Below, one piece after another: positions 45,801 through 55,986 of a stretch of 64,000 bases of DNA. The notes under the pieces were generated by a model. That model was not told where the DNA came from. It searched no databases and saw nothing but the letters and a program-made list of their open reading frames with translations. The translations under genes were made by a program, and so were the position numbers. Location: contig BLSG01000310.1 in assembly GCA_012862495.1 (NCBI GenBank), positions 154,592-218,591 of the forward strand, given 5' to 3'. The stretch is from Thraustochytrium aureum (lineage: Eukaryota). Each line of letters opens with the position of its first letter. The first letter of the stretch is position 1.

Positions 45801-46816
45801 GGCAACTCTAGTGCAATGGGCGACCCCTGAGGACAGTTCGTGGTTCGCGAGTAGAGCCACCGATCCGAGCGATCTGGATTCTGAGCAGGGCACCCTGGGA
45901 CAAAGCCCAATAAATTGGTAGCCTTGCCGAACCCTCCGCGTCCAGCAATGCGAACGTGTATGGTCAGCACCGCGTCCCTATCAAGCGCAAATTCGACGAC
46001 TGGGGCCGAGGTCGCGGAGGACTGGCGCACGTACGGCCCGCGAGAAAACAGCGCGTCCTGGCAGCGGCGTTGACTATCGGCCGTCTCAAACGCGGGCCGA
46101 GGGGAGTGCGGTTCGGTCGCGCTGAGCGGCAGAATCGGCTCGACGTGAAGCTTGGCGCTGATTGCCGCCGCGAGGTCGTCGTAGGCGTACACGCAGTCAA
46201 CGAGCTTGAAGACCACGTCGAGGTGCGGCGAGGCCCGCACCCAGGCGCACAAGAGGTCTGGCGTTGCCCCGGCAAACTCGCCCAAGTTGACAAAGAGCTG
46301 GTTGACCCATTGCTCCATTTCCGACGGGGCGGGCGCTGGGAGCACGCCGCCGACTCGAGCGACGCTTCTGCTTGCCACCTCGACCATAGCGAGCACTTGG
46401 TCCTCGGAGAGTTCTCCAACATGCTGCTGGTCAAAAAGGCGAAACAAGAGGCGGATTTTGTCGTCTCTGGCGCCCTGGCACAAGAGCGCCAGCGCAGCGA
46501 ACGCCTCCAAGGCGTCGACTTGCGGATCTTCAGGGCCATGTGAGCATATCGCAGGCTCCGCAAACGCTTGGCCCATCTGCAGTGCGGCCTCGAGAGGGGC
46601 GAGCGGGTGTCGTCCGCCGGCATCAACGATTAACCGCACAAACTCCTCCTGCGTCATCACAAACAGATCGGGCTCAAGCAGTCCAGGGTTGTGCCAGGTC
46701 GCAAACCTCTCGACCAGCGTCTCCACATTCGCCAGCGGCCACCTCGCAATCCATCGCAAGTCCTCAACAACCGACCGGCGTGCTGCGTCGCGGCCTTTGA
46801 GGGCCTGTAGGGCCAT
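42895..46816 (-). CDS. EF-hand (calcineurin B/recoverin-like) protein with two degenerate FN3/PhoD-like modules and C-terminal coiled coil; frameshift ~44720
   Basis: VDALEAFAALALLCQGARDDKIRLLFRLFDQQHVGELSEDQV is EF-hand-like. Two 'GP...L.PG.xY.V' beta modules (GPYVRQ...LSRGREYRL; GPILLQ...LRPGERYQV). Helical tail. Confidence 0.55.
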
Positions 46817-46990
46817 CACCAGCAGCGCGAACCGCGAGACGGCAGCGCGGCGCAGCCGGCAGCGCAGCGAGCAACGAATTCGCCCAGCCTTCGAGCCAGT
46901 GGTTCGATCGCTCCCGTGCCCTCTTCGGCGCGTCCAGGGCGCGCGCGGTTTGCGGGACGGCCTGAACGGTTCTCTTCCCTTGTGGTCTGC

Positions 46991-47270
46991 CGTCACGTTC
47001 GGTCCCCTGTCTCGCGCCAGCCCCGACCGGTTTCCTGAAGTGTGCGTCACGATAGATACTTTGTTACGTTCCTCTCTCGGGGCGAAACAACACGTCACAG
47101 TGGAGACCACGTCACGGGACACTGCAGTCGAGCAACCAAAGCGACACGTCACGTAGACGGTGGTGTCACGAGCCAGCCTGGGGCAAGACCTGCACGTCAC
47201 CCAAGGCCCCCCCTGGGTCGTGATCCAGGCGCTCGCAGCACAAGCGCGTCACGATACGCCCTATGTGACG
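46991..47270. promoter_or_regulatory. Cluster of (A)CGTCAC/GTGACG motifs in divergent intergenic region
   Basis: CGTCAC at 46991, 47045, 47093, 47110, 47147, 47195 and 47247; GTCAC at 47165; GTGACG at 47265. Confidence 0.55.
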
Positions 47271-47805
47271 CGATCGGCCCGTTTCGAAGAATCAACTTGT
47301 GAAACTGAACTGAACAGAGCAAAGGGCAGTTGACTCCTCGTAACAAAGGGTGCACAGTGCCGTAACATGTGGAGAGCTCACGGAGTCCAGGAAGCCCCAG
47401 ACGCAACACACGCCGACCGACCGTCCACTGGTGCGCGCCAGCGAGCGCCCATCCACGCAGCCGGTCCGGCCGATTGGCCTGGCGAGCGCAGCCGCGCGTC
47501 CTGCCAGCCACCGGCCCTAGCGCGTCTCCTGTCTCCCTGTGCGTGGGTGGATGCTCGGTCACGGTCGGGATTGATTGACGCAAGCCGCGTTGGAGCCCAC
47601 TGCGCTGGACNNNNNNNNNNNNNNNNNNNNNNNNNNNNNNNNNNNNNNNNNNNNNNNNNNNNNNNNNNNNNNNNNNNNNNNNNNNNNNNNNNNNNNNNNN
47701 NNNNNNNNNNNNNNNNNNNCACTGCGCTGGACGCAGTGGACGCAGTGGCGCAGGGGACGCAGGGGACGCAGGGACGCAGCGCGCGAAAGAGGCGCTGCGG
47801 GCGCG

Positions 47806-49002
47806 ATGGCCGCTGAAGCTGCTGGCGGCGGCGAGGGCGGCGAGTGGACCAAGGTGATCCATCCCAAGTACGAGCGGGCGTTCTACTACAACAGGCGCAC
47901 GCGCACATCAACGTGGAGCCCGCCCGACGGCGAGCAAGTCGCGCCGCATGAGACCGGGAGGTATGATGCCAGGGAGCCTCGGAAATTGGAGGGCGGAGCC
48001 AAGGGCAGCGAGCTGACCCTGCAGAGTCGGGACGGGGACGAGGCAGAGGCAAGCGCTGGTGCGCCAGCGCCTCCAGGAGCGAGCGAAGCGGGCGCGTGGG
48101 AGAAGCACATCCACAAACGCTTCGGTGTGCCCTACTACTGGAATAGGCACGAACGCCGGTCCACCTGGACGCCGCCCGACACGCAAGCGCTCGTCTTGGA
48201 GCTTCAGAACGATGCCCTCGAGCTGCCAGACCACGCCTGCGATGTCATGGACGCAGTGAACGATGCAGGCAGGGATCTTGAAGACGTCGACGAAGATCTC
48301 AAAACACGATTTCCTATCGGCGCCAGCGTACGCGTCGTTGGCGTGGCGAGCTCGCCGCTGCTGAACGGCATGGAGGGAATGGTGCAAGGCCTGTCAACTG
48401 CCGGGCGCGTTCTCGTCACGATTGCAGGCAAGGACTTGTCGTTCTGGCCCGCGCGCGTGCAATTGGTCTCGTTCAACCCGTTTGCTTCGCCGACGGCGCG
48501 AGCTGCGCGCGCTGCTGCCGAGCGCGTCGCTCGGCGGTCCTCTGCCACGAGCGAGACCGGTGCGAGTGCTGTTGCGAGCCCGCCCACGGCGTCGCGCGGT
48601 GGAGATCGACGCGGCTCGCTGCGCAAGACCAAGTCCGTTCCGGCCCAAGAGCTGTCGGACGAAGCCGGCAGGTCGAGCACTGGTGTCGTGGCGCAGCAGC
48701 GCCGAGACTTGCCTATCTCCGCCGACCTACTCAAGTCAGTTCGTTTGAGGCCCAAGCAGATGCAGAGCAAGAGCAACTCGGAGCCTCAACTGGCCTCTGC
48801 GGAGCGCTCCAAAAGCCCCTCGCTCATGGAAGCTCTCAAGCAGAATGTGCTTTTTCGAACCTCGCAGAGCAGACTTGCCTCTGACCAGGCGAGCGATTCG
48901 GGGAGGAGACCGAGGCCACGGACAAGGGCCGATGGGAGTGACGCCGGCGCAGGAGCGAGTGTAAAGCTAACTTTCTTGAAAGGTATTGATTTGCGAGTTT
49001 GA
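47806..49002 (+). CDS. Protein with two WW domains, an SH3/KOW-like barrel and possible WH2-like motif
   Basis: EWTKVIHPKYERAFYYNRRTRTSTWSPP; AWEKHIHKRFGVPYYWNRHERRSTWTPP; GASVRVVGVASSPLLNGMEGMV...RVQLV; ADLLKSVRLRP. Confidence 0.8.
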   Translation: MAAEAAGGGEGGEWTKVIHPKYERAFYYNRRTRTSTWSPPDGEQVAPHETGRYDAREPRKLEGGAKGSELTLQSRDGDEAEASAGAPAPPGASEAGAWEKHIHKRFGVPYYWNRHERRSTWTPPDTQALVLELQNDALELPDHACDVMDAVNDAGRDLEDVDEDLKTRFPIGASVRVVGVASSPLLNGMEGMVQGLSTAGRVLVTIAGKDLSFWPARVQLVSFNPFASPTARAARAAAERVARRSSATSETGASAVASPPTASRGGDRRGSLRKTKSVPAQELSDEAGRSSTGVVAQQRRDLPISADLLKSVRLRPKQMQSKSNSEPQLASAERSKSPSLMEALKQNVLFRTSQSRLASDQASDSGRRPRPRTRADGSDAGAGASVKLTFLKGIDLRV

Positions 49003-49247
49003 TAAGGAGCCACCAGGTCGGGAACGAGCAGCAAGGAATTGGGCGGTTTACGCAGTTTCATCCATCAGCGACGCTGGGCTTCCAGCCTGACCGAGGGAGC
49101 TGGTGGCTGCCGTGCGAGGGCAAGCCATCCCCACAAACGCTCTCTCGCTAGCTTTTGGGGCGGAATCGGTGCACGGGCGTTGGCGGTCTGGGCGCGCGGC
49201 TCGCTCTAGAGACTGCCAGGAAAATCTGCCCTCGCTCCCCGAACAAG

Positions 49248-49343
49248 CAATTGGGCGCAATTGGGCGCAATCGGTTGGGCGCAATCGGTTGGGGGAATTG
49301 GGCGCAATTGGGCGCAATCGGGCGCAATCGGGCGCAATTGGGC
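49248..49343. repeat. Degenerate 10-bp tandem repeat (GGGCGCAAT[T/C])
   Basis: About eight or nine copies, some with GGTT insertions. Confidence 0.9.
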
Positions 49344-49748
49344 TTTCTAGCCGGAGGCCGTCGGGGCTCTGACTGATGCAATAGCACGCGCAGTTTAAAC
49401 ACTGGAACCAGCTACTTAGTTTGCTTTCCCATCGCCATGCTGCTCTATCTCTAAAGCAACCAAGCATGTCTGTCCGTTCGCTGGACGCCGTCAGGGAAAG
49501 GGGTTGGCACTGATCCTGGCTCGTGGCTTGAGCTGCAGAAATGGTAGGACAGAAATTGGTAGGACAGAAATTGGTCCGTTCGTCAGCCCAATCGAACGGC
49601 TATCGACCGGCTGGCCGAGTCCCTTCATGAGGAGTTGGGTCCTCTGCTCGACGATCCAGCGCTGCAACAACCTGTGATCGGAGAGCTTGCCTCACGGCAA
49701 TCCGATTTGCACCTGCGGCGCCCGAAGCGCTGAGTGCCCGCAACGCGG

Positions 49749-49807
49749 CAGGGCGCAGAGAAACACAGCGCCGCAGGGCGCAGAGAAACACAGCGCCGCA
49801 GGGCGCG
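49749..49807. repeat. 25-bp direct tandem repeat immediately 5' of the 7TM ATG
   Basis: cagggcgcagagaaacacagcgccg x2 plus a partial third copy. Confidence 0.85.
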
Positions 49808-50776
49808 ATGGTGGTGCTTGTGGAACTGCTGTACCCGGTCGCCGCCGAGAAGGCGGTGTGGGTCTGCTACTTCGTCCTCGCACTTGCGAGTATTTGGGTC
49901 ATGGCGAAAAAGATAAACAAGAAACGCTACACGAGAATTGCGGTCCCGGTCGTCTGCGTGCTCATCGGGGCTGTTGCGGGCTGCCTGAACGTGTTTGGCG
50001 ATCGGGCGCTTGGCCACGACCTGGCCTATCAGACCCTCGTTGTTATCTATTTCCAGGCAATGGGTTTGGGCGTTTTCCGGTTTCTGGAAAAGTACGAAGT
50101 TTACGCAAGGCAAGCAACGCGGAACGACGCGAGAAACCACGTCGCGAATCATCCGAGGCGCGGGAGGGTGTCTTCGACATTTCGATTGGAAAGAATTGTT
50201 AGATCTTCAAAGACTGGGAAAGCTTTGAAGCTTCTTGGTATTTTGACAAACTCCATTTCTCCCAACGTGGCGCTCGCTGGGGCAATCGTCGACAGTCCAA
50301 ACACTCGGCGAGTCGGCATCGCGTTGGGGAGCGTGAACACTTTCGTGCTTAGCGTGTACGTGGCTTGGTACCTGATTCCGGTGCTCGAAGACCAAGTCAA
50401 GCTTCGGCGCCTCATGTTGGAGCTCAAGCGCCCAGACGACGATCCGGTTTCGGTACGGGTCCAGAGCGGAATCCGGCGGACTAGGCGCCTCATTTTGTCG
50501 AATGTGATCGGTGCCTCGCTCATGTCCGTGCAGGGCATCGCTGTCGCCTCAATTGATATCATGTTCGTGTACGCGGGGCTTCACATGGCCATCACGGCCT
50601 TCATCCTCCTGTTCTTGCTGTTTGTCGTGGTGGCCAGTACCGCAAAGCGGCCAAGCAGCGCGGCTGTTGGCCAGCGCTCTCTGCGCCGCCTTCCGTCACA
50701 GAAGAGCTCTATCGCTCCCTTCTCTACTAGCAGGGTTGCACATGTAACTGAAGGCTCCGCCGAGCGCGACACGTAG
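49808..50776 (+). CDS. Orphan seven-transmembrane protein (GPCR-like topology)
   Basis: Intact 322-aa ATG ORF with seven hydrophobic segments. Basic loops follow TM1, TM3 and TM5, and the tail is basic and Ser-rich. Confidence 0.7.
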   Translation: MVVLVELLYPVAAEKAVWVCYFVLALASIWVMAKKINKKRYTRIAVPVVCVLIGAVAGCLNVFGDRALGHDLAYQTLVVIYFQAMGLGVFRFLEKYEVYARQATRNDARNHVANHPRRGRVSSTFRLERIVRSSKTGKALKLLGILTNSISPNVALAGAIVDSPNTRRVGIALGSVNTFVLSVYVAWYLIPVLEDQVKLRRLMLELKRPDDDPVSVRVQSGIRRTRRLILSNVIGASLMSVQGIAVASIDIMFVYAGLHMAITAFILLFLLFVVVASTAKRPSSAAVGQRSLRRLPSQKSSIAPFSTSRVAHVTEGSAERDT

Positions 50777-50998
50777 AGTAGCGAGACACGGAAATGTTTG
50801 TGAAGACTTGTGGCGATCATCCTCGATCGAAAGAGTAGCCAAGTACCACACTACTCGAGTACTCGAGTACAGTGAGTACCTGGGTAGAGTACGCAATGGT
50901 GAGATTACTTTGGAGTGGATTTCTTTCGTAGTTAGTTTTCAGGCGGGCGCGCTCCATCTTTCGTCCGGGGCCCGTGCTCTCGGCGCGAGTCGAACCAT

Positions 50999-53900
50999 TC
51001 AGAGGTCGAGCTTGCCGATCGAATCGAGAGTATATGTGGCCATGGTGATGAGAGCGATCTTCTCCTCATCCGTGTGCGCCGCGAGGTCGATCGAGCTGAA
51101 GACGGCCTCCGGGTCGGCAGTGGCCTCGATGTTCTCAAAGATCGACCTCACAAGGTCAGACGACTCTTTCTTGGGCTTCGATCCTGAGACAGACGCGGCA
51201 ACCATCTCGTCGATGAGGTTTTGAACGTTTTGCATCTGCTCCCAGCTGAGCGGTCCGTTGGTGATCTCGGACGACAGGATTTTGGCGTCGACGGGCAGGT
51301 TGAAGAACCGGCGGACAAAGCGGATTTCGAAGAACGGCGGGATCTGGCGAGACGCCATGAGCAATTCGCGCATCCAGCTTGCAATGAGCGGGAGGCGCTG
51401 GTTCGCGAGCTCGGTCTTGTCCCTGTTGCGCTCGACGTCCTCGGGAAAGACAGGGATGAGGTCGATGTACTCGTCCGGCAGACGATGCTCGACCTCTGAG
51501 GACGGCTCAGTGAGAAGCTTGTGAAAGGATTCGAAGACTGACCAACTCGCAGCGAAGGTCCACTCCTCAGCAGAGCCATTGCGATCGTCAGATGCGTGCG
51601 TGATGAGTCGAGCGCCAAATGTGAAGTTGAACGTGTTCGACATCTGCTCCGTGTTGTAGCCTTTGTTGACTTCGGGCTCCTCGACAAAGAGGATCTTGCT
51701 CTCGTCAATGACAGGGACGCGGACCGGATAGTCGTTGTTTACCGTGCCATTCCGCTCGGAGGCGAGCATTTCGTCTTCGCGCATGCGCGTCTGCCTGCGG
51801 ATAGCCTCGGCCTCCGCCTCAAGCTCGGCGACATCGGGAAGCTCGCAGCCGCAGTTGGGGCACTCGGTGATGCGGTCTGCCGCATCGACGGGCAGCACAA
51901 AGGTGACCTCGCTGCAATCCTCGCAAACCACGCGGTAGTCTGCGTAGGCGTCCTCGCCAAAGCGCTCGACGTCCTGGGCCACGTACTCGTCGAGGCCAGA
52001 GACTTGCTGGTTGACCAGGATGTCAAACTCAGCGCGCGAGATGAGCTTGTCCGCAAGCCACTGCTTGTACTCGGCCATCTGAGTCTCGCCAGCCTTGCCG
52101 CCGAGGTCGCCGCGCTCGAACTGGCCCGAGAGGACTTGCATCTCCTTGTAGTTTGCCGCGGCCTTGTCGTAGGCGCGCATGAGCTGCGCGTTCTGCTCGC
52201 CGTCCAGGAGCTTGAAGAGGATCTGCTTCTGTTGGCTCCGGACGGTGAATTGAACGACGCCGTCCTCCGAGCCCGGCCCCTTGACCTCGGCCATCTCGGT
52301 CTTGGAGGGATCGATATCCACCGTTCCGAGCTGGCCCTTTCCGACGGGCTCGCCGTTGTCGTCCTCCCTGATTTCCTCAAAGTAGCGCAGCTGGATGCCA
52401 GCAACAATAATGTTGCAGGTCATCCAGGAGTCGCCATCTTCAATGGGGTCGACGGCGCGCGCCTTCTTCTTGCCGCCGCCAAGAAGGGCTGAAAAGCAGG
52501 CGAAGGGGTTGGAGGGCGGGCGCGCGGTGGAGATCTCCTTAAATTTGACGGACTCGAACAGCTCGGGCTTGGCGATGTCGAGGTAATCAGCTTTGGCCTT
52601 TTGCGCGAGTGACTTGCGAAGCTGCTTCTTGGCCTTCTCTTTGATGCGCTCCACCGCCTCGGGGCTGGCGGCCACGGAGCGAGCGGCGGGACGACTCTCC
52701 TCCTCCTCCTCGTCGTCGTCCTCTTCTGGGACACCTGCGAAGCGCACGGTCTTCTTCTGCTTCTCGCGCTTGGTCTGCTCCTCGAAGGCCTCTTCCCCAC
52801 CGAGGGCCTCGACGGTCTTGGCACGCTCGGCCTCCTCGTCGCGCGGGCTTGGTTGCTCTCCTTCTCGAGCTGGATGGCATGACGTTCGGCCTCCTCCTCC
52901 TCCTCGCGGGCGCGCGTGGCGCGCTCCTCGAGCTCTCTCGCCCGTTCCTCGGCTTTCAGCTGCTCGAGTTGGATGCGCTCTTTCTCTTTCTTGGCGCGCG
53001 CTTTCTCCTGCTCCTTCTTGAGCTTGGCAGCCTTCTCACGCTCGAGCTTGGCCTTGCGGCGCGCTTCCTCTTCTTCGCGCTTGCGCTTCTCCATGCGGAG
53101 GCGCTCGAGCTCGGCTTTGGCCTCGAGCATCTCGAGACGGCGGCGAGCGAGGCGCTGGAGGATGGTGGCGGCAGACTTTTTGTTGCGCGAGTCCTCGAGC
53201 AGGGCGTTGAAGCGGTTGTAGGCGAGCACAAACGCGTAGGCGCGTCGCCACAGGGCGCGCGAGAAGGAGCGGCGAAAGCGGCTGACAACCTCCTCGTCGA
53301 CTGCGCCCGAGGAGGCGGCGCCAAGGACCTCATTGAGCTGCTCGAGCATCCCAGCGCGGAAGAAAACCTTGGTGAGGCCCATTTTGTACGTGTCCGCGGG
53401 GATGTCAAAGGCAGCGAAGAGCGCCTTGACGAAGAGGCGCTCGTCGCCGCGACCGAGCGTCTCCCAGGCGTTGATGGCGTCCTTGGGCAGGATACTCTGG
53501 TACGACTCGATGAGGAGGTCAAAGCTGAGGCGCGTGGGCAGGCCTCCTTGCAGGACCTCGGCGGTTTGCGGAATGCTCAGGTTGACGAGCTGCGGCATCA
53601 CGTACGAGTTGTTGAACCAGAGGTCGTCCTTGCTCTTGCGCTCCATGCGCGCGTTGGGCTTGATGCAGCGGATGAAGCTGGCCTTTGTGGCCCCAAGCGT
53701 CTGGATGAGGGTCTCGATTTGGAGCTTGAACTTGCCGGCGATGGTTGACGTAGATTTTTTCACGGCGCGCGTGGCTTGCGAGACCTTCGAGTTGGAGTTC
53801 TTCTTTGCGCTGGCCTCGAAGATCTCCTGCAGCATGGCCATCTTGGAGGCCTGGAGCACGCTGGTGATCTCGTCGGGCAGCTTGTCGACGTTCTTCTGAA

Positions 53901-55986
53901 TGAACTTGCCGACCGTGTACTTGACCTCGCCCGCGTAGTGCTTGACGATAAAGCAGTGCTTGATGTCCTTCGGGTGCGGGGTGGGGAAGAGCTTGTTGCT
54001 CTTGTAGACGCGGTGCAGGNNNNNNNNNNNNNNNNNNNNNNNNNNNNNNNNNNNNNNNNNNNNNNNNNNNNNNNNNNNNNNNNNNNNNNNNNNNNNNNNN
54101 NNNNNNNNNNNNNNNNNNNNNNNNNNNNNNNNNNNNNNNNNNNNNNNNNNNNNNNNNNNNNNNNNNNNNNNNNNNNNNNNNNNNNNNNNNNNNNNNNNNN
54201 NNNNNNNNNNNNNNNNNNNNNNNNNNNNNNNNNNNNNNNNNNNNNNNNNNNNNNNNNNNNNNNNNNNNNNNNNNNNNNNNNNNNNNNNNGCTGACGAGCT
54301 TCTCGTCCGAGGCCTGCGGGGCGTTGGTCTCGGCATCGATGATGCTCAGCACGCCGAGCTCGTTCTTGTCGCCCTTCCGCCCGCCGAGCAGGACCATGGC
54401 CTCCTCGTTGTTGGGCGGCGGCTGGCGGTCGCCCGCGTCCACGAGCAGGCCTTCGCGTTCGTACAGCGCGGCCTCGGCCTCGAAGATCTGCTGGTTGAAC
54501 GTGTTCTGGAGCGCCTCGTTGGTGTAGTTGATGAGGAGCTGCTCGAAGTCGTTGAACTGGAAGGTCTCAAAGCCAAAGATATCCAGTACGCCGATAAAGG
54601 GGTGGTCCTCGTAGTCTGCGTTCTCGGAGAGCGACTCTGTGATCTTCTTGACGAGCCAGTTGAACGTGTTGGTGTACACGGTCTTGACCACGGCGTCGAG
54701 GGCCACCTTGGCGCTCTCGGCGTCGCGCTTGGCGATGATCTCCTCGCCGACCGTCTTGACCTTGCGCTCGATAAAGAGAGCCGCCAGCTTCTTGGCCTTG
54801 ATGCCGAGCAGCTGACCGGCCGTCTCGAGGACGTCCTCGTTGACCACCTTGGCCTCGTCGCCCTTGCCGGACTCGTTCTCATCAAAGACGACGTTGCCGA
54901 GGTGAAGCAGGCCCGCGAGGATGGAGAAGAGGGACTCTTGGCCGCCTTCGCCTTCGGTGACGCCGATGGTGTTGAGCGCGGTGACGAGCTCCTTAAAGTT
55001 CTCCTTGTCTTGCTTGGAGAGGTCTGGCAGGCGCATGCTCTGGCGGCTGCCCTTTTGGCCTTGCCAGCGGGCTCCTTCCCGGCGACGGGAGCCGCGTTGG
55101 GCTTGAGGTATTCGAAGGTGTTGCCCTCGAGGCCGAGCTTTTTGCGCAGGCTCTTGTCCGCGCCCGTGGTCAGCTGGTAGAAAACATGGTAGCCGCGCTC
55201 GCCGTCCGAGTGGGCCGTCACGCGCGAGCGCTCGAGCAGGTAGGTCTGCACGCTGGCCCCGTAGATGGTCAGGTCGCGCGACTTTTTCTTCTTCTTGAAG
55301 TGCAGCTTCATGAACTTGCCGAACCGCGACGAGTTCGGGTTGCGCTTGGTTGCGGCGTTTCCGAAGGCCTCCAGGATGGGGTTGCTGTCGAGCAGCCGCT
55401 GGTCCAGGTCGTCCTTGGACCCGCCCCCGCGCTCCACGAGGTGCTTGAGGACGTACTTGGACGACTCGGTCTTGCCGGCCCCCGACTCGCCGCCCACCAC
55501 GATCGACTGGTTCTCGGGGCCCTCGTCAGGGCGCGACGCCGAGAACGAGAGCTGCTGATAGGCGCCCTCCGCGATGGCGTACGGGTGCGCGACGTTGACC
55601 ACGCTCGGGCTTCCCAGCGAACCTTTCGGGTCCGCGATGCGCTTGAGCGGGTTGACAGCGACCAGCACGCTGCCGCCAAGAAAGGTGTAGGGCTCGTCCT
55701 GCAAAGCTCTCTCGCGCAAGTTGTGCAGGATGCCCGGCAGGTGAAAGTGCGACAGCGAGGTCATGTCGGCGACGACTCGGTCGTTCGCGCGGTAAACCTT
55801 GGTGTCCTGGTCGTCGAGGTCGAGCTTGGCCTTTCCTGCGTCGCTCTTGATCTTGATGATGGACCCATTGCGCGACGTGACCGTCCCGATCACCCAGGTG
55901 TCGCGGTCCCCGGCCATCCACACCTGGGCGCCGGGCGAGAGCTTGTCCATCCTTTCCAGCACGGGTTTCTTCTTGCTCTTGCCCAT
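50999..55986 (-). CDS. Unconventional myosin: N-terminal SH3-like, motor, IQ, charged helix, PH, Zn-ribbon and PX tail; frameshifts ~55050 and ~52840, one gap
   Basis: P-loop GESGAGKTE, LEAFGNA, NSSRFGKF, LDIFGFE, VKHYAGEV, FIRCIKPN and GLTKVFFR. IQ ATILQRLARR. Tail CEDC...CPNC and PX-like W.VFESFHKLL...PVFP...QRLPLIASWMRELL. Confidence 0.92.
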
